Below, one piece after another: positions 24,484-32,937 of a stretch of 48,279 nt of DNA. The DNA is from Candidatus Woesearchaeota archaeon. Its GTDB lineage: Archaea; Nanobdellota; Nanobdellia; Pacearchaeales; GW2011-AR1. Below the pieces are notes generated by a model that was given only the letters and a program-made list of their open reading frames with translations, ran no database searches and was not told the origin of the DNA. Made by a program: the position numbers and the translations under genes. Location: NCBI GenBank assembly GCA_964604715.1, contig CAZRZR010000002.1, positions 1 through 48,279 of the forward strand, read 5' to 3'. Numbering within the stretch: the first letter of the stretch is position 1; each line of letters starts with the position of its first letter.

Positions 24484-25125
24484 TCAAGGTTTGATAGAAA
24501 AATCGCTTTCTGCATAGGGTGCATTATTTGATCGCCATGTCGCTTTGTAATTCCCAGGTTGGAACTGCCTGCAATTATATATTAATATATGAAAGGAAGT
24601 GTCTATTGTAGCATTAACTGTGGACACATCTGTATGACTGTCAGTATTTGAAAGAGTAAATTTTATATCTCCAGGGTTAGTCTTGTTTATAGCAGGAATA
24701 TAAACGCCAATAGCAAGGTTTTCATTTCTAGAAAAATCCCTCTTAAGTCCTTTAATTTCTACAGCTGCGATAGCTCCATCCTTATCTTCATCAACCCATT
24801 CATTACAAACGAAACTGCGGCCATTTTGAGGAATAAATGCAGTTGAGCTTATAATCGGTGTTGGGGTGGTATATGAAGGCCCGTAAGCAAGAGCGTAATC
24901 GGGAACGTCAGAAGAAGATGAAGTAAGGGTAACGCTATCTCGTTCTGCACCTCGAGCCGCTTGAGCAACGCCAGCAGCAGATAGTATATCGCCCACTGGT
25001 CCTCCAATAGCTGCGCCACTAAGTATGGCCAATCCACCAGGTTTAGGTTTAGCAAATTCTTCACAACCAGTCAGACTTACTAGGCCAGCTAGTCCTGTCG
25101 CCATAAGACTCTTTCTGATATTCAT
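24484..25125 (-). CDS. putative lipoprotein with canonical EF-hand-type Ca2+ loop
   Basis: Lipobox-like LVSLTGCEE after MNIRKSLMATGLAG. DEDKDGAIAAVE (aa 112-123) fits DxDxDGxIxxxE exactly. A TATA-like ATATTTAAATAAT lies about 27 nt upstream. Confidence 0.7.
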   Translation of the reverse strand: MNIRKSLMATGLAGLVSLTGCEEFAKPKPGGLAILSGAAIGGPVGDILSAAGVAQAARGAERDSVTLTSSSSDVPDYALAYGPSYTTPTPIISSTAFIPQNGRSFVCNEWVDEDKDGAIAAVEIKGLKRDFSRNENLAIGVYIPAINKTNPGDIKFTLSNTDSHTDVSTVNATIDTSFHILIYNCRQFQPGNYKATWRSNNAPYAESDFSIKP

Positions 25126-25181
25126 ATCCTGCAGAGGAGTTCGTATTATTTAAATATTTCTGTTACTCTAGAATGGTAACT

Positions 25182-26009
25182 TTACTTGAGTTTACTCGTT
25201 CCATCAAATTCAGAACGCATGCGCTCAAGATCCTTTCGTTCTTGCTCAAGTCGTTGCTCGGTTTCTTCTATCTTTTCCTTCTTTTTTATGCGCTCAAGAT
25301 CTGCGCTAGCTTCTCTGATCTTCCTTTCCGCATCTTCAATTTTAGCTCGCATATCTTCCTTAGGTGCTGGTTGGTTAATAGCAGGCGATAGTCTCGGCAA
25401 ACTCTTTTGGGCAATAGACTCAGGATTGCTTGGAGCTTTTGGTGTTCCTCGAATCTTAGCTCGCACAGCAAATGAAGCAACAAGAAGACCTACAAGCAAT
25501 ACAGCGCCGATAAGATAATATTTATAACTGCCTAATCTCCCATTCTCCGACGTAGCAAAACCAGTAAGCCCTGGAGCAGTAGAATTGGTGCTCTCAAGGG
25601 TTGTTGAAGCAGTATTGTTGCTCTCGTTTACGTCTGAGCTAATATTTTGCTCCTTGTAAATGGCTGGTGCTTCAGCATCATGTTTTTTAGGTAATTGAAC
25701 ATAAATAGGTTCTCCAGCAGTGAACCCTCTGAATCGTTCATAGTAGGCTGTCTCACCGCCTATTTTAACATACACGGCAAGATCAAATTCTTCTTTATCC
25801 CCATTGTAAGTTACTGAAACGTTACCTGTATCGCCCGCAGGCAAGTCATAGAAACTCTGTACGGCGTAGTATGTATCTGCTGTTTCAAGAATAGAAACAG
25901 TCACTGTAACGCCTTGTAAGGTTTCAACATTAATTTGTGTGCTTGCGGCAACAGTAAAAGGGGTAATAAGAATGATTGCGAGCATCAACACTATTTTTTT
26001 ATTCATCAT
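25182..26009 (-). CDS. type I membrane protein: signal peptide, beta-rich ectodomain, S/T/N linker, TM, coiled-coil cytoplasmic tail
   Basis: Signal peptide MMNKKIVLMLAIILITPFTVAAS, TM YYLIGAVLLVGLLVASFAV, and tail EDMRAKIEDAERKIREASADLERIKKKEKIEETEQRLEQERKDLERMRSEF. Confidence 0.75.
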   Translation of the reverse strand: MMNKKIVLMLAIILITPFTVAASTQINVETLQGVTVTVSILETADTYYAVQSFYDLPAGDTGNVSVTYNGDKEEFDLAVYVKIGGETAYYERFRGFTAGEPIYVQLPKKHDAEAPAIYKEQNISSDVNESNNTASTTLESTNSTAPGLTGFATSENGRLGSYKYYLIGAVLLVGLLVASFAVRAKIRGTPKAPSNPESIAQKSLPRLSPAINQPAPKEDMRAKIEDAERKIREASADLERIKKKEKIEETEQRLEQERKDLERMRSEFDGTSKLK

Positions 26010-26049
26010 TTTCTAACTAAAGCCGTATTTTTAAATATTAACTTTTCAG

Positions 26050-27552
26050 CTAACCTCCGTTTATAGTTACTTGTAAGCTATTCTTGTATCCTTTTTTGCT
26101 CAGATAATTTACCTTTGAGCCACAATCCCCTAGGGCTTGACATACTTCTCCATACTTTGCTTCCCAGCCCGGTTGCAAACATTCGCAGTTCTCGGTACAT
26201 TCCTCTCCCCCTAGTAATCCTTTCTCAAATTTCACAACACATACTTTGTTTCCAGCTCCGCATACAATTTTAGATTCTTCACTATTCCAGAAAGCAAGCC
26301 CAGGAGAGTTTTTAGGCAAACATACTGCATTAATCGTCGCATTTCCTAAGGTAACTCCCTCTTTCCAGAAGCAGTCGCGTCTATCAGGGTTTTCGCAATC
26401 TTCTTCAGCTGTCTGGGCTAAGCAATCTTGCCACCGATTAACTCTACACGCTGCCTGTGAAAAGCTTCCTTCAGATGTTTGAATATCTTGTTGTACGCAT
26501 TCCTGTGCTCTAAAATCATCGCATGGTTCAGTTAATACTTCTCCATTCATGCAAATACGTCTGAAGAACCCGCTCCCAACTGTGCTTTTCCCAATAGAAT
26601 TCTTTTTATCATCTGCTATGCACCAGCTTTCTCCATGTTTTCTATCCTTGCCATTCTCATCGGTACAAGAAAGATCTGCACAAATAAGACTTCCAAAACG
26701 AGGTTTGGTTGCTCCAAGAGTCGTAGGCCTGCAATAACTTCCTAAAAGATAATTACAATTCCCGCAGCTTGCACTGTTGGCGTTTGCCGAACCAGGGCTG
26801 CAACTTTCAGATTTAGTTTTGACATTTGTCCAATAATCTTTATCATTTGTTTTTGAAGAGTCGTATATGTTAGCTGCATTTCCACATGTATCTGTATAAT
26901 AGATTTCATCTTTGCCCGGTAAACAAGTCGTTTTTGTGGATGGGCCACAAATGGTGCCTAGTTCTTCTGCAGAACAGAGTTTATCTTTGTAAAACGTACC
27001 AGCAGAGTCGCTTTTATTCAACCTTTCAGAACTACCGTCGCATTCGGCTCGCGTTGTAAATTTACATGTCTTTTGAAATTCGAACTCATATACGCAAGCA
27101 CCCCTGTCTTGTTGTTGAACAGTAGCAATACATGCAAGTTCATTAGATATTGTTTTATCATAATTTGTTTGTAGACCTAAGAATGAAGAAAGTTTTTTAC
27201 ATCGTACAAGTGATGTAAATGCTGCTTGATCGCCTAAAATACAACATCCAAGTTGACATTGGGGAGGCGTTTGCTCACTCCAAGTGCCTCCGTTATTATT
27301 ACATACAAGCTGTGGCGTATTATCTAAGCAAGTGCCTTCATTTGAGTCATAACAGGTGCCTGCTTTACAATAACTAGTAGATTCACAACTCGTTGGAACT
27401 TGACGTGAACTTGGATCGCACGCATCTGCAGGTACATTCTGACAAAAAGCGCCAGTCTTTGTCTTTTCACAACACACGGTAGCAGTCAGATCAGCAGCAC
27501 TAACAAAGCTTAGCAGGAGAATAAGAAACATAAGACCAAATAAATACCTCAT
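26050..27552 (-). CDS. secreted Cys-rich protein C1 (paralog of the N-terminal ectodomain of G1)
   Basis: Signal peptide MRYLFGLMFLILLLSFVSA (the ATG at 27552 forms an ATGA overlap with the upstream stop). About 50 Cys. Collinear matches to G1 include GCCILGDQAAF/GCCLIGNQALY, CGNCNYLLGSYC/CGNCNYLAGSVC, DLSCTDENGKDRKHGESWC/DLSCTDENGNKRKHGESWC and ACRVNRWQDC/ACRANQWQLC. No TM anchor. Confidence 0.85.
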   Translation of the reverse strand: MRYLFGLMFLILLLSFVSAADLTATVCCEKTKTGAFCQNVPADACDPSSRQVPTSCESTSYCKAGTCYDSNEGTCLDNTPQLVCNNNGGTWSEQTPPQCQLGCCILGDQAAFTSLVRCKKLSSFLGLQTNYDKTISNELACIATVQQQDRGACVYEFEFQKTCKFTTRAECDGSSERLNKSDSAGTFYKDKLCSAEELGTICGPSTKTTCLPGKDEIYYTDTCGNAANIYDSSKTNDKDYWTNVKTKSESCSPGSANANSASCGNCNYLLGSYCRPTTLGATKPRFGSLICADLSCTDENGKDRKHGESWCIADDKKNSIGKSTVGSGFFRRICMNGEVLTEPCDDFRAQECVQQDIQTSEGSFSQAACRVNRWQDCLAQTAEEDCENPDRRDCFWKEGVTLGNATINAVCLPKNSPGLAFWNSEESKIVCGAGNKVCVVKFEKGLLGGEECTENCECLQPGWEAKYGEVCQALGDCGSKVNYLSKKGYKNSLQVTINGG

Positions 27553-28346
27553 GAAAGTACTCCATACCCTTGTGGCCAAACTAAACTTCGGGTTGCAAAT
27601 CTAAATTTTTCTTGGCTTATCACGTTTCTTAATGTGTATAACGTGTCATCGCCCTTTTTGAGCTTTTCTATAACGAGGTTTGGATAATATCTAACATATA
27701 ATGAAGTATCAGAATCTCCAAGCGTAGACTCAAATTGTACAATACTTAATGCAGTCGTTAATAAATCATAGCTTTGGCTTGGCAGTCTAACTACAAATTT
27801 ACTAAATGTCTGTTTGCTATCTTTTGAAATAGTCATCGCTGCGTTGACATCTACTATTACCGCTTCAGGCACAATACTGACGTTTACCGAAGGTTGAGCA
27901 ACCGTAACTTGATATCCTTTTTGTTCATAGTTCTGTTGTAAAGACTGAATACAATTGCGAGCAGTCTGCGTTAATCGCTGTTCTAATTGCTTTTCAACAT
28001 GTGAAACCAGTAACGGTTGTTGTACAAGACAAGGCTTATAATTTTCGCTTGTATAACAGAGATAAGAAAATTGTAAATCATTGTTAAGTACATAACTTGT
28101 CGGGGTATAGTCGCCTCCGTGTTCCATAATAATAGGTAACGCTTTTTTTAGTTCTGGTTCTATACATTGGCGTACATAGCTTGAAGGGTCGACTTCATTG
28201 GTAAAGACAGTCAAATTAGGTCGCACCAAGAACCAAATCACTGCTGCAATAATTACAACAGCGACAATTACGAATATCGCAACTTGACCTCTTTTTTGCA
28301 TACTTTCAAAAGATCTAGTTTGTTTATAACGTTTTCTAGATATCAT
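27549..28346 (-). CDS. type IV pilin-like protein (class III signal peptide), A2 (paralog of A1)
   Basis: The class III-like N-terminus is MQKRGQVAIFVIVAVVIIAAVIWFL. It is collinear with 32182..32937 (YLCYTSENYKPCLVQQP vs YLCKNINYYEPCINQYP, and so on). The ATG at 28346 forms an ATGA overlap with the G1 stop. Confidence 0.75.
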   Translation of the reverse strand: MISRKRYKQTRSFESMQKRGQVAIFVIVAVVIIAAVIWFLVRPNLTVFTNEVDPSSYVRQCIEPELKKALPIIMEHGGDYTPTSYVLNNDLQFSYLCYTSENYKPCLVQQPLLVSHVEKQLEQRLTQTARNCIQSLQQNYEQKGYQVTVAQPSVNVSIVPEAVIVDVNAAMTISKDSKQTFSKFVVRLPSQSYDLLTTALSIVQFESTLGDSDTSLYVRYYPNLVIEKLKKGDDTLYTLRNVISQEKFRFATRSLVWPQGYGVLS

Positions 28347-31300
28347 GTTATCCTCGCTTGCTGTACACTTATGCATGCACTAGGATTATTGAAAACATCT
28401 TTACAAATAATATAATGTTTGACATCTGCCGCAAAGTTGCTCGTGTGTGTTAATTCCTGTCCTTGCATTAGCGTTCCATTTGCAAAATTGAAGCTACAGG
28501 AATTCAAACTAAATGCGCATTGGGATTTTTCATTGGTAATAATAGTTAGTCCGTTCAAATTGTATGCTCGGGTAATCATCGGCCCTTTATCGTCTACTAT
28601 CACACTAAATGAGGCGCTACCTCCTGCGTTGTTACCTGCAGCATCTTCACACGTTATTGGAATTGTATAATTGCCCTCAACAAATATATTCAGGTTTCTC
28701 TGTCTGTGCGTGTCTGCCCCAGTTTCAAAGAACAGCACTGATTGAGTTCCCCATTTGAAGGAACACGTCCTTGAGAGTTCAGGAACTCCTCCGCGCGTTA
28801 CCACTGTGAGATCTATTTTAGCAGGCAGCCCATTAGTGGAAATTATCTTTCCTTGAGGGTCTATAGAAACAATACTTAGTGGCGTTTGTGTCTTTCTCAG
28901 TACGTAACTTACACTCTGTTGATTTGCATTTCTTCCCGTCGCATTCTCCAAAAACGGTTGATCGTTGCAACGCACATAGAATGTTTTATCTCCAGTCGCA
29001 GGCGTAGGCAAGGTCATATTACATGGCCATCCCAGCAACGTAGACTCTGCAAGCTCTCCAGCACACGTCGCGTTATGCGTCATTGCATTGTAAGCAACGT
29101 CTTGTTCATTCCATCTACATTCCGCAGGCTCATTCAGAAAGAACTTTACGTTTTTCGAACTAGCGTTCAGCGAAACATATCCTGGACTTGCTGGACTAAA
29201 CCCACTTATTACAGGTGGAGTTCTATCAGGCTCAGGTGAGACGCAGAAGTTAATTGCATATTCTTGCACGTTCTTTCTTCCAGCAGCATCGGTACATCTA
29301 ACATACAAATTAACATTTCCGCTTTGATCAGGCTCAAATAGTTCGGGGTCAAATACTTCATCAGAAGCATGCTCTGCGTTTTCTGCATTCCGATTGTCGA
29401 TTGCCTGTTTGCTTGGAATAGTAAACGTCATAGTATGATTTTTTCTGAATAAGCTGCTTTGTATTCCTCCAGCTTGATGGAAGAAAGTATTCATATCATC
29501 ATAACTAGCTGTGTGTTTATTCGTCACCTTACATTGTGACAGTTCGTTTGTCGCAATACCCAGCCTTATCTGATTAAACACTGGAACACATCCATTTGGT
29601 TCCGAGCCTTGTAAATGATATCCCTGACCAGATACTTGAGTGTATTGATATCCGCCCAATAAAACAGACTTATCTTCGCTAATAATTGGAGGAGTGACAT
29701 CGTTAGGGCTTGAATCGACGCACTTCCCTTCAGCGCTATCATCGACAAAAGTACAACTTTGTCCTAAACTCTGACATTTATAGCGTGAGCACGGCAATCC
29801 ATCCGCTCCGCATTGAGTACACTTCGCTCCTCCCAAAGGCGGCTGCCATGCCATACACTGGAACGTTACCTTTGTCTCACTCTTCTTTCCTATGCCTAGG
29901 AATTTCAATACAAAAATAATTATTACAACTACTGCTACGATAATAAGCCCTATTCCTGTTGCAGCAAGACTTCCTGCAACCACGAGTGCTCCTCCATTTA
30001 CAAGTCCATATCCAATAAACGCTCCTCCAACAGCTCCCGCTGCGATCAATGCGTACGTTACTGCGGGAGGCAAACCTGCATCAATTCCTAATGCATGAAT
30101 AAGGTAAGCAGTTCCAGCGGCACCTATAAGTGCTCCAGCAGCTGCTCCTGCAAAAGCTCCTATTCCTGGACTTGCTGCACCTCCGCCTGCAAGGTTTGCC
30201 GCTTGTGTTGGGCCGACCGCTCCTGCTAGAGCAGTTGTATCAACTGCAGCAGCTGCTCCTGCAGAACCAATCCATCCAGCATACACAGCATATGCTAACA
30301 ATATTCCGCTTGCTCCGCTAATTTTAGCGAAGTTAGTCAGCATTTTTCCATAACTATTTTTAACATTTGGGTCTTGTAAATTTCCTATGAGACCATAAAG
30401 CGAAACAAGCTCGCTTTCATTTAGCGGCGACACATGTTGTCCTTCTTTTGGTGTAGTCAGTAGTTTAAGTGCGGCAATATAACTTTGTCCTACTTTAGGC
30501 GCGTTTGTAACGCGGTAACCGTCATCAGTAAAATCGCCTTCTATAGAAACTTTACCGCCACAATCGCCCATGCTCATGCACAAGTTATTCATAGCCTCGG
30601 TGAATGCAGCAGTCCTACATACTTTATTATATTCTGATTTTCCAAATAACTTTTTCACTTTCACGTATGTACATGGTGCAGTAGCCATACCACAAATTGT
30701 TTCGGCAACTTCTCCACCATTTGGAACGCCTAAATCAAATCCAGGAGGGTTGCGAGGAACGCATACGTTAAACGCAAACGTATCTTTTCCGCCAGAACGT
30801 AAATCAGTACCTTTCAATACGCAATCAGTATATTTGCTGCATTCTTTTTTTACTAGCTCAGCAGCAGTTCCAGGATCCGGAGCATCTTTACCTGCATCGT
30901 TTGCCTGCACACACAATTGCCATTGATTAGCGCGACATGCGGCAGAAGAAAACTTTGCTTGCTCGTCCCGTGACTCAACACATAAGCTATTTCTAGCTAC
31001 GCCGCAGGTTTCAGTTCTTACCTCTCCATTGATACACGATTTACGGTACTGCTCGCTTCCTGGCAAGTCAACACTTCTTTGTAAGTTTCCTAGACCTTGA
31101 ACACCAATCTGGCTGTCAAATGCACACCAACTCTCTCCGTGCTTGCGTTTATTACCGTTCTCATCGGTACAAGACAGATCTCTGCATACAAAATCTCCTA
31201 CAGAAGGTTTATCATCAATTCCCACACGCTGTGTACCACAAACACTTCCTGCTAAATAATTACAATTTCCACAGCTTGATTGTTTACTTAATGGATTTAA

Positions 31301-32182
31301 GCTAGTTCCCAACTCGCAACTCTGATTCTTTGCCAACACAATACCATTATTCCAACTTTGATCCTTATGAAGGGAGTCATAAATATTTTCTCGATTACCA
31401 CAACTATCAAACCAATATACTTCATCTTTACCGTCAACACACCCGGTACGCTTTTGTTTAACGCACGCAGTGCCTAGGCTAGGGTTTGAGCAAAGCATTC
31501 CTTTGTAAAAGTTACCGCTTAGAGTAGTGCACTGTTCTTTGGTAGTAAACTTGCAATTATTTTTATCAAAATCAACTGTTTCCAATACACAGGCTCCTTC
31601 TTCCCCTTTATTAGCCATCGCGATACATTGTAACTCGCTGTCGACGGGGGTAAATATAATAGGTTGCCCTAATCTATCTCTGAGTGTGTTACACTGCTGT
31701 TCCGTCTTGTAAAGTGCCTGATTTCCTATAAGGCAACAGCCTTCTCGACATTCAGTTATTTCACTTTTCTGACGAGCATCCCATGATCCTCCTTGTTGCT
31801 CACATGCAGCTTTTGGAGAATTCGGAGAACATGTCCCTTCAGTTGCATCTAAGCACGTTCCCAGTTTACATTCCGCAAAGTCTGCTCTCAATCCTGGAAA
31901 ACAACTGGTAGTACATAGGCTGTTACAGATCTGTGCTTGGTACTCTTGACATCGTGTACCATTTTTATCCAAGGCGCAAGTCCATAACCCTTCTTCAGCA
32001 GCAGAAACTAGGTTGCCTCCGAATACGTTAATGAACCCTGTTCTTATCTTTTGTATTAAGCTGCTTTCGCTCATTTCAGAATAAATCGGAATAATTTCTT
32101 GAGCGTCGCTTAAAATATAGGCAAAGGCAACGCTAGCACAAACAATCAAGAAGATTTCAAATAATGCAATGTTTTTCCTCAT
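28343..32182 (-). CDS. giant modular surface/membrane protein G1 (C1-like Cys-rich ectodomain + Gly/Ala-rich TM block + four Cys-pair beta modules)
   Basis: About 1279 aa from the ATG at 32182 (TAATG overlap with the A1 stop). The N-terminal anchor RKNIALFEIFLIVCASVAFAYIL shares ALxEIFLIV with G2. Roughly aa 70-560 are paralogous to C1. The central block is ILLAYAVYAGWIGSAGAAAA...GAFAGAAAGALIGAAGTAYLIHALG...LIIVAVVVIIIFVL. The C-terminal ~500 aa are paralogous to G2. Confidence 0.85.
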   Translation of the reverse strand: MRKNIALFEIFLIVCASVAFAYILSDAQEIIPIYSEMSESSLIQKIRTGFINVFGGNLVSAAEEGLWTCALDKNGTRCQEYQAQICNSLCTTSCFPGLRADFAECKLGTCLDATEGTCSPNSPKAACEQQGGSWDARQKSEITECREGCCLIGNQALYKTEQQCNTLRDRLGQPIIFTPVDSELQCIAMANKGEEGACVLETVDFDKNNCKFTTKEQCTTLSGNFYKGMLCSNPSLGTACVKQKRTGCVDGKDEVYWFDSCGNRENIYDSLHKDQSWNNGIVLAKNQSCELGTSLNPLSKQSSCGNCNYLAGSVCGTQRVGIDDKPSVGDFVCRDLSCTDENGNKRKHGESWCAFDSQIGVQGLGNLQRSVDLPGSEQYRKSCINGEVRTETCGVARNSLCVESRDEQAKFSSAACRANQWQLCVQANDAGKDAPDPGTAAELVKKECSKYTDCVLKGTDLRSGGKDTFAFNVCVPRNPPGFDLGVPNGGEVAETICGMATAPCTYVKVKKLFGKSEYNKVCRTAAFTEAMNNLCMSMGDCGGKVSIEGDFTDDGYRVTNAPKVGQSYIAALKLLTTPKEGQHVSPLNESELVSLYGLIGNLQDPNVKNSYGKMLTNFAKISGASGILLAYAVYAGWIGSAGAAAAVDTTALAGAVGPTQAANLAGGGAASPGIGAFAGAAAGALIGAAGTAYLIHALGIDAGLPPAVTYALIAAGAVGGAFIGYGLVNGGALVVAGSLAATGIGLIIVAVVVIIIFVLKFLGIGKKSETKVTFQCMAWQPPLGGAKCTQCGADGLPCSRYKCQSLGQSCTFVDDSAEGKCVDSSPNDVTPPIISEDKSVLLGGYQYTQVSGQGYHLQGSEPNGCVPVFNQIRLGIATNELSQCKVTNKHTASYDDMNTFFHQAGGIQSSLFRKNHTMTFTIPSKQAIDNRNAENAEHASDEVFDPELFEPDQSGNVNLYVRCTDAAGRKNVQEYAINFCVSPEPDRTPPVISGFSPASPGYVSLNASSKNVKFFLNEPAECRWNEQDVAYNAMTHNATCAGELAESTLLGWPCNMTLPTPATGDKTFYVRCNDQPFLENATGRNANQQSVSYVLRKTQTPLSIVSIDPQGKIISTNGLPAKIDLTVVTRGGVPELSRTCSFKWGTQSVLFFETGADTHRQRNLNIFVEGNYTIPITCEDAAGNNAGGSASFSVIVDDKGPMITRAYNLNGLTIITNEKSQCAFSLNSCSFNFANGTLMQGQELTHTSNFAADVKHYIICKDVFNNPSACISVQQARIT

Positions 32183-32937
32183 TAGAATCCTGCAGGCAAT
32201 GCACACCCCCGTATAGCGATATTCATCACGTTCTCTGTCGGTATATGTTTGATAGTATAAACCTTTGTGCTGTCAGAAAACGTTTTGAGTTTAATATTAA
32301 AGTCGGAATAAATAAGACTATAGCCGACGTACTCAAAATAACAATACTGAGCTTCCTGAGAAGCTATTTCCTGCGCTACCGATCCCAAGTCATAAACCGG
32401 GCTTCGTACAAAATTTGAAAATTGATCATATGTCTTAGTCTCGCTGCTTTTCGTAGCTTTAAGATGTGCAGGTACTCGAGCCTCAACGATTCCTGGTTTA
32501 AGAATAAGTTGTACTGGTTCAGCACTCATAGACACATCATAATTTCTTTTTTCCAGCTCGCTTTTTAACGTGCTAATGCATCCAGCAACGTCATCTTTCA
32601 CAGCGCCAGAAAGTTCTTGTTGAAGGTGAGTAATATAGCGAGGGTATTGATTAATGCAAGGCTCATAATAATTTATATTTTTACAAAGATAAGTCGCCTT
32701 TACGTTCTCACTTAATTTATAGTCGGTAGGATCTATCAAGCCGCCTTGTTCAAGTAAAAGCGGAGCCTTATCATTAATTGCTTTTTTCACGCAGCTGTCC
32801 ATGTATTGCTCAGAATCAAATCCTTGTGCAAAAGAGATAATTGGCTTATCTTGCCTTAAGAATAAAGCTAATCCTATCCCAATAACAAGAATGATTGCCA
32901 CAATAACGAATATGGCCATCTGTCCTTTCTTATTCAT
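32182..32937 (-). CDS. type IV pilin-like protein (class III signal peptide), A1
   Basis: N-terminus MNKKGQMAIFVIVAIILVIGIGLALFL. 251 aa with 6 Cys. Its start overlaps the RHH gene end by 8 nt. Confidence 0.75.
   Translation of the reverse strand: MNKKGQMAIFVIVAIILVIGIGLALFLRQDKPIISFAQGFDSEQYMDSCVKKAINDKAPLLLEQGGLIDPTDYKLSENVKATYLCKNINYYEPCINQYPRYITHLQQELSGAVKDDVAGCISTLKSELEKRNYDVSMSAEPVQLILKPGIVEARVPAHLKATKSSETKTYDQFSNFVRSPVYDLGSVAQEIASQEAQYCYFEYVGYSLIYSDFNIKLKTFSDSTKVYTIKHIPTENVMNIAIRGCALPAGF

Noticed and set aside
25173-25518. ORFs 25173..25391, 25186..25518 and 25286..25483, opposite or within the coiled-coil tail gene.
   Set aside because: They are mirror frames of the Glu/Lys/Arg-rich coiled-coil coding region. 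The sense ORF has a clear signal peptide, TM and TATA context.
28343-32206. Track start of G1 at 32206 (MCIACRIL...), and similar long starts for A2 (28376) and C1 (27579).
   Set aside because: The internal ATGs at 32182, 28346 and 27552 give exact TAATG/ATGA coupling with the upstream stops. They also place the basic residues directly before the hydrophobic helix. The extra codons overlap the preceding genes.
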